Shown here in pieces: positions 20,562 through 30,048 of a DNA stretch of 64,000 nt. Each line of letters starts with the position of its first letter. The first letter of the stretch is position 1. The notes under the pieces were generated by a model that worked only from the letters and a program-made list of their open reading frames with translations, was not told the DNA's origin and did no database searches. Source of the DNA: a virus; IMG/VR virus record IMGVR_UViG_3300045988_084534, positions 37,276-101,275 of that record. The stretch is one strand, 5' to 3'. Made by a program: the position numbers and the translations under genes.

Positions 20562-20812
20562 GTAAATTAAATTATAAGCGAAAATGGCAAAAAGGGCAGA
20601 TGGCTCGGACGTTAGTAATATACTGCGTCCGAGCTATTACCTTAGTGGCAGTATGGGCAGTAGCCGTCAAAACATATGCCGTCATTAGATATGGCGCAAC
20701 GGATATTAGCGACGTGCTGATTTATGTTGCATCGGCATTTGGCGGAGAATTGCTCTTACTAGCTTTTAAGCGCGTATTTGCCAAAAAGAATGAAAATACA
20801 GATATAGAATAG
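20558..20812 (+). CDS. Two-TM membrane protein (second holin/antiholin-like)
   Basis: 84 aa with two hydrophobic helices. Overlaps the upstream stop. Confidence 0.45.
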   Translation: MSKLNYKRKWQKGQMARTLVIYCVRAITLVAVWAVAVKTYAVIRYGATDISDVLIYVASAFGGELLLLAFKRVFAKKNENTDIE

Positions 20813-20824
20813 AAAGGATAATGT

Positions 20825-21013
20825 ATGATAACCCTATATCGCCCAGCAGGATATGATAATCCAAGAGCGCCAGAATTTATAGGACGCTCTATTGATACTA
20901 AACCAACTGATGTAGAAAACGGCGCAAGCTACATTGAACTAGATACTGGACGCGTATACCGTTATGACAAGGAAAACAACTTATGGATTGAGGGAAAGGA
21001 ACAGCGCCAATGA
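20825..21013 (+). CDS. Small protein, duplicate of the N-terminal module of 21010..22902
   Basis: MITLYRPAGYDNPRAPEFIG...YIELDTGRVYRYDKENNLWIE aligns with MITLTRPAYYDKYRYAQYCG...YYEIDTAKFFRYNETSHEWIE. Confidence 0.5.
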   Translation: MITLYRPAGYDNPRAPEFIGRSIDTKPTDVENGASYIELDTGRVYRYDKENNLWIEGKEQRQ

Positions 21014-22902
21014 TTACATTAACCAGACCGGCTTATTACGACAAGTATAGATATGCCCAATATTGTGGATTAGAGAAAGATGACAAATCAACAATATCAG
21101 CAAACAATGGCGACGAATATTATGAAATAGATACGGCTAAATTTTTTAGATATAATGAAACAAGCCATGAATGGATAGAGCAACCAAGTGATGCCGCACC
21201 TATTGATACTGGTTTGCCGCCTATGACCAGTGAGACAGTAGGGCATTTTCTTAGTAATGATGGTTCTGTGACAAAATGGCAACCAATAGCATCTAAGAAT
21301 TTTGTGATTGGGCTTACTGAACACGTTGACAATGGTACATATACTGCGGATAAGACATGGGTCGAAATTAAGACGGCTTATGATGAATTACAGAATATAG
21401 TCATTAGGCATGATAGTGCAGAAATGCCATTGATGAACGTGCAACTAGCAAATAATGGCGATGCGACATTCTTATTTGGTCATGTTGAGATACAAACTGG
21501 CGGTCAGCGCATTGTGACACGAGGCATTCAATATAGTCATATAGGCGCAACAGATACATGGAGCGACTATGATATGGAGGCTGATTTATCTGAATATCTG
21601 CCATTAGCTGGCGGCAATATGCAAGGCGCATTGACTTTGGCTGGCGCTCCAACAGAAGATAATCATGCCGCAAATAAAGAATATGTGGATAAGCGCAATC
21701 TTGAAGTAAAGTTCACACAAGACGCCACTGCTGGTATTACTACACCTACTGAAATTCGTGAAATTACACAAGCGGTTATAAATAATCGTACTGTTACGGC
21801 TACTCTTGATGGTGATACATATATGCTCATGTCGGCATCTGCGGCTGATGCTTCATTTGTTAGAACTGAGGGCAATACAGTAAGCGTATTAAGATATAAT
21901 ATAGATGATGCTGGTTGGGCAAAAGAACAAACCACCCTGTTAGATACAAAGGGTGGCACAATGACTGGCAATATTGATATGGCGGCACATAGTATTATCA
22001 ATGTGCAGAAAATTCATATTGACGGGCAAGCTAATTTGTATCTTGGCTCTGTTGCTGAAAAGGCTGGAACAACCGGCGCTCGTTTGACAGGAGCGATAAG
22101 TGGTGGTGCGGCATTCGTTAAGCCAGACAAGCAATCTGAGTATGTGCCTGTATCAGTTGGCGCACCAACTGCATCTGAGCACGCTGTCAACTTAGGGCAT
22201 TTAACACAGCCACTATTAGCAGATGCGCCAGCTTCAGACGAATGTATATCCAACAAGAAATATGTTGATGACCAAGTGGCTACAAGAGTTCCATTAGTAA
22301 CAGCCAATCAAGGTCAAATTAAGGCGTATGTGCAAAATGGCACTAAGCCTGATGTATGCCTAGTATCAGATGGTGGAACGGCTCTGTGTATTGCTCGATA
22401 TACAGCCAAAGGACACCTGATTGACCAGACTGCACCCACAGAGAACAATCACTTGACTAATAAGCAGTATGTAGACACAAAGGTGGCTCAGACAGGTGGT
22501 AACATATCTGGCGACTTAATGATTGGCGGTTCATTAACAATCAACGGAATTGGCTCAATGATGGGTACGCCCACACAGAATGTTGACATTGTGAATAAGG
22601 GCTACTTAGATTCATCTATAAGTGATGTTATAAGAAAATCTAGCGTTACGGTAGGCGCAAATTCTAGTGTAAATGTTCCTTTGTCAAACGGCGCATATTT
22701 ACTTACTGTATCAGATGATATGCACGGTGGTCTAGTATTTGTATCTGTTTATCCTTCAGGCGAAACAATAAATGGTCTAGTTAATTTGAATAATTGGAAA
22801 TGTGAAAGAATTAGTAGTGGTAGTGGCGTGACGTTGACAAATAGCGCCACATCCGATATGACGGTATATATTACCTCTATTGGAGAAGGAACATATAGAT
22901 GA
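21010..22902 (+). CDS. Tail fibre-like protein
   Basis: Recurrent fibre motif (EDNHAANKEYVD, ECISNKKYVDD, ENNHLTNKQYVD, NVDIVNKGYLD, EHAVNLGHL) and a Gly/Thr-rich shaft. Confidence 0.6.
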   Translation: MITLTRPAYYDKYRYAQYCGLEKDDKSTISANNGDEYYEIDTAKFFRYNETSHEWIEQPSDAAPIDTGLPPMTSETVGHFLSNDGSVTKWQPIASKNFVIGLTEHVDNGTYTADKTWVEIKTAYDELQNIVIRHDSAEMPLMNVQLANNGDATFLFGHVEIQTGGQRIVTRGIQYSHIGATDTWSDYDMEADLSEYLPLAGGNMQGALTLAGAPTEDNHAANKEYVDKRNLEVKFTQDATAGITTPTEIREITQAVINNRTVTATLDGDTYMLMSASAADASFVRTEGNTVSVLRYNIDDAGWAKEQTTLLDTKGGTMTGNIDMAAHSIINVQKIHIDGQANLYLGSVAEKAGTTGARLTGAISGGAAFVKPDKQSEYVPVSVGAPTASEHAVNLGHLTQPLLADAPASDECISNKKYVDDQVATRVPLVTANQGQIKAYVQNGTKPDVCLVSDGGTALCIARYTAKGHLIDQTAPTENNHLTNKQYVDTKVAQTGGNISGDLMIGGSLTINGIGSMMGTPTQNVDIVNKGYLDSSISDVIRKSSVTVGANSSVNVPLSNGAYLLTVSDDMHGGLVFVSVYPSGETINGLVNLNNWKCERISSGSGVTLTNSATSDMTVYITSIGEGTYR

Positions 22903-22917
22903 AAGGAATGATTGAAT

Positions 22918-23448
22918 ATGGCTAATTTTTGTGGTGGCATTCGCTTAGGCGATGGACTCAAGATTATTAACGGGGTGATTTGTGATGCAAATGCAACAAC
23001 TGTTGATAGAAGTAAAGCAGTATCTACTTGCGGTCAACTCTGGGATGGCGCATTATTTACCGTGGTTAAAGTTGGCGGCGCTGGTTATATCACTCTACAT
23101 GGTTCGGAAGGCGAAGAAATTGGTGCGCCTATTGTGGGTCGTGGGAATTGCGGCGTTGGTCTTGATGGACGTTTTTTCAAGGTAGTAAAGGGCGCTGTTA
23201 CGCTACAAGAGGGCTTCCTACTTACTGTTGATGTAACACCAAAGGATGCTATTATCACCGTGACTGATGTTGATGGTGAAGTGATTGACCCAGTTAGTGG
23301 CAATGCCAAGCAATTCTTACTAAAGGGCATTGGCGACACATATACTGTTACAGCTACTAGAGAAGGATATACTACTGAAGCCAAACAAGTCAAGAATACA
23401 GGCGACCAGACGTTTACTATTGTAATGAAAGAAGCTACTGGCGACTAA
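22918..23448 (+). CDS. Ig/PEGA-like domain protein, last gene of the late operon
   Basis: The ATG at 22918 follows GAAAGGAA. The C-terminal beta-sandwich-like segment is LLTVDVTPKDAIITVTDVDGEVI...YTVTATREGYTTE. Confidence 0.45.
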   Translation: MANFCGGIRLGDGLKIINGVICDANATTVDRSKAVSTCGQLWDGALFTVVKVGGAGYITLHGSEGEEIGAPIVGRGNCGVGLDGRFFKVVKGAVTLQEGFLLTVDVTPKDAIITVTDVDGEVIDPVSGNAKQFLLKGIGDTYTVTATREGYTTEAKQVKNTGDQTFTIVMKEATGD

Positions 23449-23460
23449 TATAAATTTATA

Positions 23461-23508
23461 GGGAACATGAAATAGATAATTATATCTACCATGTTCCCTA
23501 TTTTTTTT
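23461..23508 (+). terminator. Strong bidirectional terminator at the convergence of late (+) and early (-) transcription
   Basis: GGGAACATG(23461-23469)...CATGTTCCC(23490-23498) followed by TATTTTTTTT. Confidence 0.8.
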
Positions 23509-23699
23509 CACTGCCTATCTCTTAGCCCTTGCTCATATCCAGATTCATATGCGGCATCAGCATTCCTAGCATCCTTATTGTGTTTATTGGCAATAAGCTC
23601 CAATAGATTACCAGTCGTGCCATCTTGGGTCATATAGATAGTATCGCCCCATTCATCATCTAGCTCATACCAATCACCGATTCTTCTAAATTTCCACAT
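23508..23699 (-). CDS. Hypothetical small protein
   Basis: 63-aa ORF, last gene of the - strand operon. Confidence 0.45.
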   Translation of the reverse strand: MWKFRRIGDWYELDDEWGDTIYMTQDGTTGNLLELIANKHNKDARNADAAYESGYEQGLRDRQ

Positions 23700-23701
23700 T
23701 A

Positions 23702-23932
23702 CTAATCATCCTCTTCATCCATTTCATCATAGGCTGTCATATATCCTATGTCATATCCCATACCATAATTATCTACACAAATAGTCAATAAATCATACCA
23801 CATAGCAACTGTATCTTCTGTTGTTGTCATAGACGTTTCGATAATAGGCTCATCATGTGGGTTGGTCAGGTCAATAAGTTCAATCCATGAGTCATTATCC
23901 GTGATATGTAGAGTAGGGATAATCATAATCAA
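23702..23932 (-). CDS. Hypothetical acidic small protein
   Basis: 76-aa ORF that overlaps the dut stop. Confidence 0.45.
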   Translation of the reverse strand: MIMIIPTLHITDNDSWIELIDLTNPHDEPIIETSMTTTEDTVAMWYDLLTICVDNYGMGYDIGYMTAYDEMDEEDD

Positions 23933-24387
23933 GTACCAGTAGAGCCAAAGCCGTTTGAGCCGCGCTCAGTAGAATCTAGCTCATCTACTTCAATGATTTC
24001 TATATCATAATAATTTAGTAGAGTAAATTGGGCGATTCTATCACCTTGACGGACAATTCGTGGCGTATCGCTATCATTATATAGAGGCACTAGCCATTCG
24101 CCTGTATACTGCTCATCAATCACGGCTACACAGTTAGCTGGTCTTAGCCCCTGTTTAGTAGCAAGCCCAGAGCGGGCAAATACAGCCGCCCAATAGCCAT
24201 GAGGGATATTAGTGGCAAATCCGGCTGGGATTTTTACTGTACTATGAGGCTCAATGACCACTGTATCAAAATACATAGATTGAACATCGGCATAAATATC
24301 GAAGCAAGCATCTGTGGGATGACTTTTTTGTGGTAGTTTGGCGGTATTTGATAGTCGCTTAATTTTTAATTCAAGCATTGGCATCAT
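23929..24387 (-). CDS. dut: dUTP pyrophosphatase
   Basis: Motifs ARSGLATKQGL, VIDEQYTGEW, GDRIAQ and C-terminal RGSNGFGSTG. Confidence 0.85.
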   Translation of the reverse strand: MMPMLELKIKRLSNTAKLPQKSHPTDACFDIYADVQSMYFDTVVIEPHSTVKIPAGFATNIPHGYWAAVFARSGLATKQGLRPANCVAVIDEQYTGEWLVPLYNDSDTPRIVRQGDRIAQFTLLNYYDIEIIEVDELDSTERGSNGFGSTGT

Positions 24388-24988
24388 ATCCTCTCTGTGT
24401 CAATTCCATGAACATTGGTAATTTTTCAATTGCATCACATAGACAAGCCCAGTCAGGTAGGGCATGATTGCGGCGCTGTTGATAAATTGTCTTGAGTTGT
24501 CTATAATTAGTGGTCATTGCAGCTGTAAGCTCAAAACCGCTGGGAATATTATATAGCATTTCAAGCCGCGCCTCTTTAATCATATCATCAAAGACAGAAA
24601 TGCCCATTTTCTTTAGTTTAACAAGTCGATTATATTCAGCAATCTTTTCATTTAGAATATCAATAGCTCTAGGGTCTACATAGCGATTACACTGCATTCT
24701 TGGGTTCATATTTTGAAGTTTGTGCATTGTAGAGCATGAAGATACAAAATCTAACCAGTGGTAGCGCTCAAATTCGACCCATGCTTTCTCGCTAATTGTT
24801 AGGTCAAACTGGACAATAATACCAGTCAAGAATTGGTCATGTCCAGTACCAGTAGGGCAAGTAGAGCAAGCCTTAATGCCATCTGTGAGGTCGGCGGTCA
24901 AGCCGTCAAGCTCAACCGCCTTTGGATACTTAGCCGCCCTAATCGCCTCATCTAGTCCATATACACGAACATTAGATACATTAGGCAA
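24371..24988 (-). CDS. Divergent ThyX-like (Thy1-fold) protein lacking the canonical RHRxxS motif
   Basis: GHDQFLTGIIVQFDLTISEKAWVEFERYHWLDFVSSCS parallels ThyX GHE..EH..FTF.I....F..Q..RHR..S..S.R, but RHR is replaced by RYH. The C-terminal ELTAAMTTNYRQLKTIYQQRRN resembles the ThyX helical region. Confidence 0.45.
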   Translation of the reverse strand: MPNVSNVRVYGLDEAIRAAKYPKAVELDGLTADLTDGIKACSTCPTGTGHDQFLTGIIVQFDLTISEKAWVEFERYHWLDFVSSCSTMHKLQNMNPRMQCNRYVDPRAIDILNEKIAEYNRLVKLKKMGISVFDDMIKEARLEMLYNIPSGFELTAAMTTNYRQLKTIYQQRRNHALPDWACLCDAIEKLPMFMELTQRGYDANA

Positions 24989-25264
24989 TTAGTAGTCCTC
25001 CTCCTCCATGATTTCATCGGTCACATCCACTACTTCAACATCGACAAGTGTCAGATTTGACCCATCTTCAATCATATCGTATGTAACACGCACTACCTCA
25101 CAGCACATCTCTGGCATATCAGTGTCGTCATGTTCATTGGTCGGTAGCCACACATATTCGCCAACACGCGGAATAATCATACGGGCGGCATGGGTGTATT
25201 CAAATGTATGCTCAGGACGGCACTCCACTGAGCCGTCAACAAAATATCTTAGCTTAAATGTCAT
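24989..25264 (-). CDS. Hypothetical protein
   Basis: Start moved to MTFKLRYF, which follows GGAGGA; this removes the overlap with the upstream ORF. Confidence 0.45.
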   Translation of the reverse strand: MTFKLRYFVDGSVECRPEHTFEYTHAARMIIPRVGEYVWLPTNEHDDTDMPEMCCEVVRVTYDMIEDGSNLTLVDVEVVDVTDEIMEEEDY

Positions 25265-25268
25265 ATTT

Positions 25269-25493
25269 TTAATCCTCCCAATTATATGGCTTGCAGAAAT
25301 AGCTAATCTCATCACCTGAGATATATTTCTGCATAATCACATACATCTCTCTATCTTCATCTTTGCCATCTAGTGGTAGCCACACTAGGTCGCCTTTGCA
25401 CGGTTCTGACATAAAGTCAAATTCATCACATGAGCAAATCCAGTCCTCATTGCCTGGCTTACCTAGATAAAAATTGATACGATTTTCTGTCAT
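25269..25493 (-). CDS. Hypothetical protein
   Basis: 74-aa ORF downstream of nrdJ. Confidence 0.45.
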   Translation of the reverse strand: MTENRINFYLGKPGNEDWICSCDEFDFMSEPCKGDLVWLPLDGKDEDREMYVIMQKYISGDEISYFCKPYNWED

Positions 25494-25509
25494 TTTAGTT
25501 TACCTTCCC

Positions 25510-25926
25510 TTATTCACATTTTGTCCAGCCACATGACTTACAAATTTTGCAACCGCCCTCAAACATAACGGGTTCACCGCATTCAGGGCATACCTCTGTT
25601 GAAATTGTGGCTAGTGCATTGCTCAACTTTTTAATGCTGTCTGTTGCTTTATTAGTAGCCTCTCTTAGATTCTTAGTCACATTAACCACATCATCCTCTT
25701 TATCATCTAGTTCACTCTGCATCTCATTATACATATCTACTAGAGCATTACCAATAGCCATAGGACAACAAGACCCCTTACTGGTATCATGGTGAGTTGC
25801 CTTGCGAGTAGCATAAGATGGGCATACACCAGTTGAATCAAGCTGGTCTTTGATGGTCATAATATCCACACCAGCGCGGCATAGTAGACTGACCATGCGG
25901 CTTAGACCTGTCATGAAATTTGCACA
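25510..25926 (-). CDS. nrdJ: Class II (B12-dependent) ribonucleotide reductase, C-extein
   Basis: Starts with the +1 Cys, CANFMTGLSRMVSLLCRAGV. The C-terminal zinc ribbon is CPECG...CKICKSCG. Confidence 0.85.
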   Translation of the reverse strand, partial: CANFMTGLSRMVSLLCRAGVDIMTIKDQLDSTGVCPSYATRKATHHDTSKGSCCPMAIGNALVDMYNEMQSELDDKEDDVVNVTKNLREATNKATDSIKKLSNALATISTEVCPECGEPVMFEGGCKICKSCGWTKCE

Positions 25927-26886
25927 ATTTCCAGTAATAAAGATTTTACCATTACGACGCAACACAAGCAAACCGCTTGGAACTGTAAAACAATAAGATT
26001 TGCCGTCGATTGGTTTATAATCTTCAATAGTTGCAGTTGATAAGCCATGTACGTTTTGGGTTGTCCAACGCACTCTATAACTATCTTGAATATTTTGTGT
26101 TCCGTTGTTCAATGAAATTGTAGCTCTAAAACCAAGCCTTGTCAATGCAAACTGGATAAAATCAGCTTCGTGCTTTTTTGACGTATAATAAGAACCAAGT
26201 CGGTTTCCTTCGCCAACAGAGCCATCCCAATATACACACTCATCCACAATACATTTTAATTGCTCATCATTACAAGCATACCATTTTGGTGTAAATTGCT
26301 TGTCAATAAACCATTGTTTAACACTTGGAATTGGATGAATATAAAACACGGTATATTCGGTATTGTTGATGTTTTTTTCAGTCCATCCAATATCACAATT
26401 TGTTAGTAGTTGACGAATACGAATTTTCTTTCTATCTTTTTTTACGTTAATAACAATTTTATTTCCATCAAATGTACCATCCGCATAAATTGCAACAAGT
26501 AGTCTAATTATCTCATTACTAAGCGGAATACCATTTGTATTCATAGAGAAGGTGGTTGGAATATGACGATTTTTAGAACCAGCCATGAAATCTTTTACAG
26601 TAATAATTTCATGGGTTAATTTGCTTCTAATTCCAGACATATATTTTGCATAATTTTTATACAAATACATTCTATGATCTTCTGAAAGAACCATATCCAA
26701 TCCAGTTGTATTGTGGAAATATTTCATATTCTCAACATTGTCATTAACAACGTAAGAAATTGGATAGGTTAAAGAAGCCGTTCCATCTTCATTGTACTGC
26801 AACACTTGTTCATACTCATCCATATTATATTCGCTAATTTTTTTCCACTCGATACCATTAAAATATTCAGTATCTTTGTCTACGCA
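25927..26886 (-). mobile_element. Intein (320 aa) with LAGLIDADG homing-endonuclease domain inside nrdJ
   Basis: Begins with Cys (CVDKDTEY) directly after extein ...KGSTGG and ends ...LVLRRNGKIFITGN before Cys+1. Has a block B-like SEDH. LAGLIDADG-type motifs are LLVAIYADGTF and ECVYWDGSVG. Removing it restores KGSTGG-CANF. Confidence 0.85.
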
Positions 26887-28034
26887 TCCACCAGTCGAGC
26901 CTTTATTGAAATATACCTCTTGTAGATTGCCGTCAATGGGGTCAAAGAATGCTAGAACATGAAGTGAGCCGCATCCTGTCTGGATTTTGCGCTTTTTGCC
27001 AATCAGGTCATTGCTTGGTTCAATGATTGAGCCGCGAGGTAGAATGGGGGATGTGGATTCAGGCTTGGTTTCATTATCTTTCTTATTGTCAGTAAGCAAG
27101 ATTCCCTGACGGATTGCATTAGGTCTAAAGATTGTACATCCCTTAATGCCTAGCTTCCAGCACTGCATATAGATGTCCTTGACTTCATCAAACGATGCTT
27201 CAGTAGGCACATTGATTGTCTTGCTAACGCTCATGTCGGTATATTTGCTGATAATAGCAAGCATAGCTACATGGTCATCGACAGACATATTAAGCGCAGT
27301 TGGGAAAATATCATGCTCGTCAAAATCAAGTTGCTCACCCTTATCCTTTAGCTTATGATAGAGATAATAAGCATAATCCATCATCTTGACGATTTTTACG
27401 TCCTTATCGTCCTGACCCCCAATTTTTACCTTGCGGTCATAGCTAAGAGAGAAGATTGGCTCAATGCCACTAGAGCAGTTGTTACCAAATACCATAGAGA
27501 TCGTGCCGCACGGTGCAACCGCTTGAATCTTGGCGTTACGAATACCATATTCAGCCATCTCGGCAATGACATCATGTTCTAGCACAGATTTGACATATGT
27601 GTTATCTGCGTGTTTATCTGGCTCACATAGAGGGAAACAGCCCTTTTCTTTAGCAAGCTGAACTGACGCATAATATTCTGCATTAGTAATCATCTGCATT
27701 AGAGATTCAACATAATCTCTTGCTTCCTGACTATCATACTTCATGCCAAGCATAGCCAGCATATCTGCTAAACCAGTAATGCCAATACCAATGGTGCGCA
27801 TACTCTTCTGATAATTTTCGTAAATCTTGTCAGGGAATTTATTTACATCAATAATATCATCAAGCATACGGACTGCAATAGAGATTGTATTTCTTAGAGC
27901 ATCAGTATCAAGATGTGCTTGCTTGGTAAATGGATTCTTTACAAAATTGTGTAGGAACAATGAGCCAAGATTACAAGCACCGCCATATTGCGATGGGTCT
28001 GTTGCATTGATTGTTCCTGCTAGATATTCAGCGC
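26887..28034 (-). CDS. nrdJ: Class II ribonucleotide reductase, exon 2 / N-extein part
   Basis: Spliced junction reads NP-C-AEYLAGTINATDPSQYGGACNLGSLFL. Followed by RTIGIGITGLADML, APCGTIS and SKTINVP. Confidence 0.85.
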
Positions 28035-28204
28035 CTCACACAATGCGTATCAAATACAGTTCGCATCGTGCGCTAGACTATCGCATCCCCTTGGGGTCTC
28101 CTCGCTTAGTCGTTCAGGCTGGCATTACCCTTGCCCCCTGTAGCTGTGTATTCAGCGTCCAAGTCAATCAGAGGAGATTTTACATCCGCACGTTTATATG
28201 GCTA
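28035..28204 (-). mobile_element. Compact (about 170 nt) ORF-less group I intron in nrdJ
   Basis: P1: exon AUCCGU pairs with intron GCGGAU (28184-28189), with U.G at the splice site. P3 is UCUCCUC/GAGGAGA, P7 is GACUA/UAGUC, P8 is the hairpin ACCCCAAGGGGA, and the terminal nt is G. Splicing creates the catalytic NPC codon (ccg u|gc). Confidence 0.8.
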
Positions 28205-29027
28205 ACGGATTACTACAAACAATTCTTTCTACATACCATGCAGGATTGCGATTATTGGCATTATCCTCATAGAATACGCCCGGTTCACCATTATCATATG
28301 CCATCTGCATGATTTCGTTCCAAATATCACGAGCTGGCACTAGCTTGGTAAATTGCTTATCCCACTTATCTGGCGGCAGTTTATTGCCCTTCTCGTCATA
28401 GATAGGCCAATGTAGTTTAACTTGACCATTCTCAATGACAAGATTCATAAAAGCATCATCTACAACAACAGATAGGTTGAAATGATTTAGCCGTCCTTCT
28501 GTAGCTGATTTAGCATGAATAAATTCAAGAATGTCAGGATGATATACACTGAGCATACCCATGTTTGCACCGCGCCTTGAACCTTGCTGCACAGTAGCCG
28601 TCTGAGCATTAAATACATCCATGAAACTAACTGGACCAGATGCAATAGCATCATTACGGGTTCTATAACCATTAGGCGCTAGATTGCTAAAAGCATAACC
28701 AATTCCGCCACCAGCTTTATGTGTCATAGCGCCTAGCTTAACCGCATTAAAAATCTGCTCCATGCTATTACCAATAATAGGTGCTACAAAGCAGTTATTG
28801 AGAGTTAGCTTTTCGCCAATACCGGCATTGCTCATGGTGCGTCCAGCAGGGAAGAAATAGCCTTCTTTCATAATACTGAAGAATCTATCTGCCCATTTAG
28901 GCGCGTTCCAATTTCCTTCGGCGGATGCTACAAAATCAGCTACACGCCATAGCTGGTTATCATATGACTCACCGTCCTTTTGGTATCTATCTTTCCAGAT
29001 AGATTCATATACCTCATTTACAAACAA
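28205..29027 (-). CDS. nrdJ: Class II ribonucleotide reductase, exon 1
   Basis: TTG start after AGGAGG. Motifs GRTMSNAG, LNNCFV, GGGIGYAFSNL, RRGANMG and ...VCSNP. The tracked stop at 28194 lies inside the intron. Confidence 0.85.
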
Positions 29028-29042
29028 TAAATCATCCTCCTT

Positions 29043-29225
29043 TTAATTCTCCTTAACATGAATAACAATATTTGACTTATTGGTATCCATATCAATTACT
29101 GTATTAATATGGTCAATATCATATAGCTGATTTCCAATGTGGATGCGAACTCGACTATCCATATCACATCCATCTAGCATAGCGGCATACTCCATTATAT
29201 ATCTAATAATATCCGTTGCCAGCAT
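29043..29225 (-). CDS. Hypothetical small protein
   Basis: 60-aa ORF preceded by AAGGAGG, downstream of promoter 29249-29277. Confidence 0.45.
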   Translation of the reverse strand: MLATDIIRYIMEYAAMLDGCDMDSRVRIHIGNQLYDIDHINTVIDMDTNKSNIVIHVKEN

Positions 29226-29248
29226 ATATAATTACCTCCTTGTCATAT

Positions 29249-29277
29249 ATATTATCACGATTCAGTTGATTTGTCAA
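29249..29277 (-). promoter_or_regulatory. Sigma-70-type promoter (TTGACA-17-TAATAT)
   Basis: On the - strand: cTTGACAAatcaactgaatcgtgaTAATAT. The -10 element is weaker than in the other copies. Confidence 0.5.
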
Positions 29278-29452
29278 GAGGCTTTTTTAAGCCTTCGACA
29301 TAGTGATAAATAGAATTGGCACAATCTGAGCATACGTCCTCAACAACTTTAAAATATTCAGCTTTTACGCAATCATTGTCAATGCTAACAGAATATCTGT
29401 CTTTAATGCTTATAATCTCTTTACCACATAAATCACATAGCCATTTGGTCAT
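29255..29452 (-). CDS. Zinc-ribbon small protein
   Basis: CDLCGKE...CSDC. Confidence 0.45.
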   Translation of the reverse strand: MTKWLCDLCGKEIISIKDRYSVSIDNDCVKAEYFKVVEDVCSDCANSIYHYVEGLKKPLDKSTES

Positions 29453-29646
29453 TCTTCATTCTCCTTGTCAAGCAATTTCTTTAATTTCTTTAGACATTCT
29501 GGACAGAGCCAAAATTCAGCTTTACTATAATATGAACCAGTATATCCAAGCTCATTTGTGCCGCATACTGAGCATATTCTGGTTGGCTTCTTAATTGTAG
29601 CTCTTGACTCATAGTCTTTTTCAATAAAGCCCCAAGCGGTATTCAT
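29449..29646 (-). CDS. Zinc-ribbon small protein
   Basis: CSVCGTNE...CPEC. Overlaps the next gene by 4 nt. Confidence 0.45.
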   Translation of the reverse strand: MNTAWGFIEKDYESRATIKKPTRICSVCGTNELGYTGSYYSKAEFWLCPECLKKLKKLLDKENEE

Positions 29647-29658
29647 CTCACATTCTCC

Positions 29659-30048
29659 TTATCTATCAGTTTGTCTATGAGCTTCAATGTGCTCATCATA
29701 ATCACTCCTAAATTTATTTACAGTATCAACAAGCTCATTGATTTTACTAATTAAGTCCTCAACCTGAACACCCCATTGCGGCTTAGTCAATTTTTCAATC
29801 TTCTTCTTTTCTTGCTTAGTGAAATACCCGAATGTATATTTACCAATTCTGCTAAAATGGCGAGGAATGTTAGAACACACAAAATCGAAAGTCATTGTTA
29901 CTTCTTTCCCGTCTTTCTTGACAATCCCTTTCAAAATCAAAGCGTGTTCGTGACAAACCTCTCTCCAATAGATTTTCCAGTAGTCTACATATCCAATCCA
30001 TCCATCCAACGTTTCAACATAATCCCCTACATGAAATTCATAGTTCAT
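29659..30048 (-). CDS. Hypothetical protein
   Basis: 129-aa ORF with operon packing. Confidence 0.45.
   Translation of the reverse strand: MNYEFHVGDYVETLDGWIGYVDYWKIYWREVCHEHALILKGIVKKDGKEVTMTFDFVCSNIPRHFSRIGKYTFGYFTKQEKKKIEKLTKPQWGVQVEDLISKINELVDTVNKFRSDYDEHIEAHRQTDR

Noticed and set aside
14814-23448. Diversity-generating retroelement targeting the fibre or LRR genes
   Set aside because: I looked for a template/variable repeat pair and a reverse transcriptase. I found no near-duplicate nucleotide segments with A-specific differences by eye, and no RT gene in the window.
27827-28312. 161-aa + strand ORF spanning the nrdJ intron
   Set aside because: It is antisense to nrdJ exon sequence and to the group I intron core. 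It has no RBS and no recognisable motifs. The region is fully explained by the intron.
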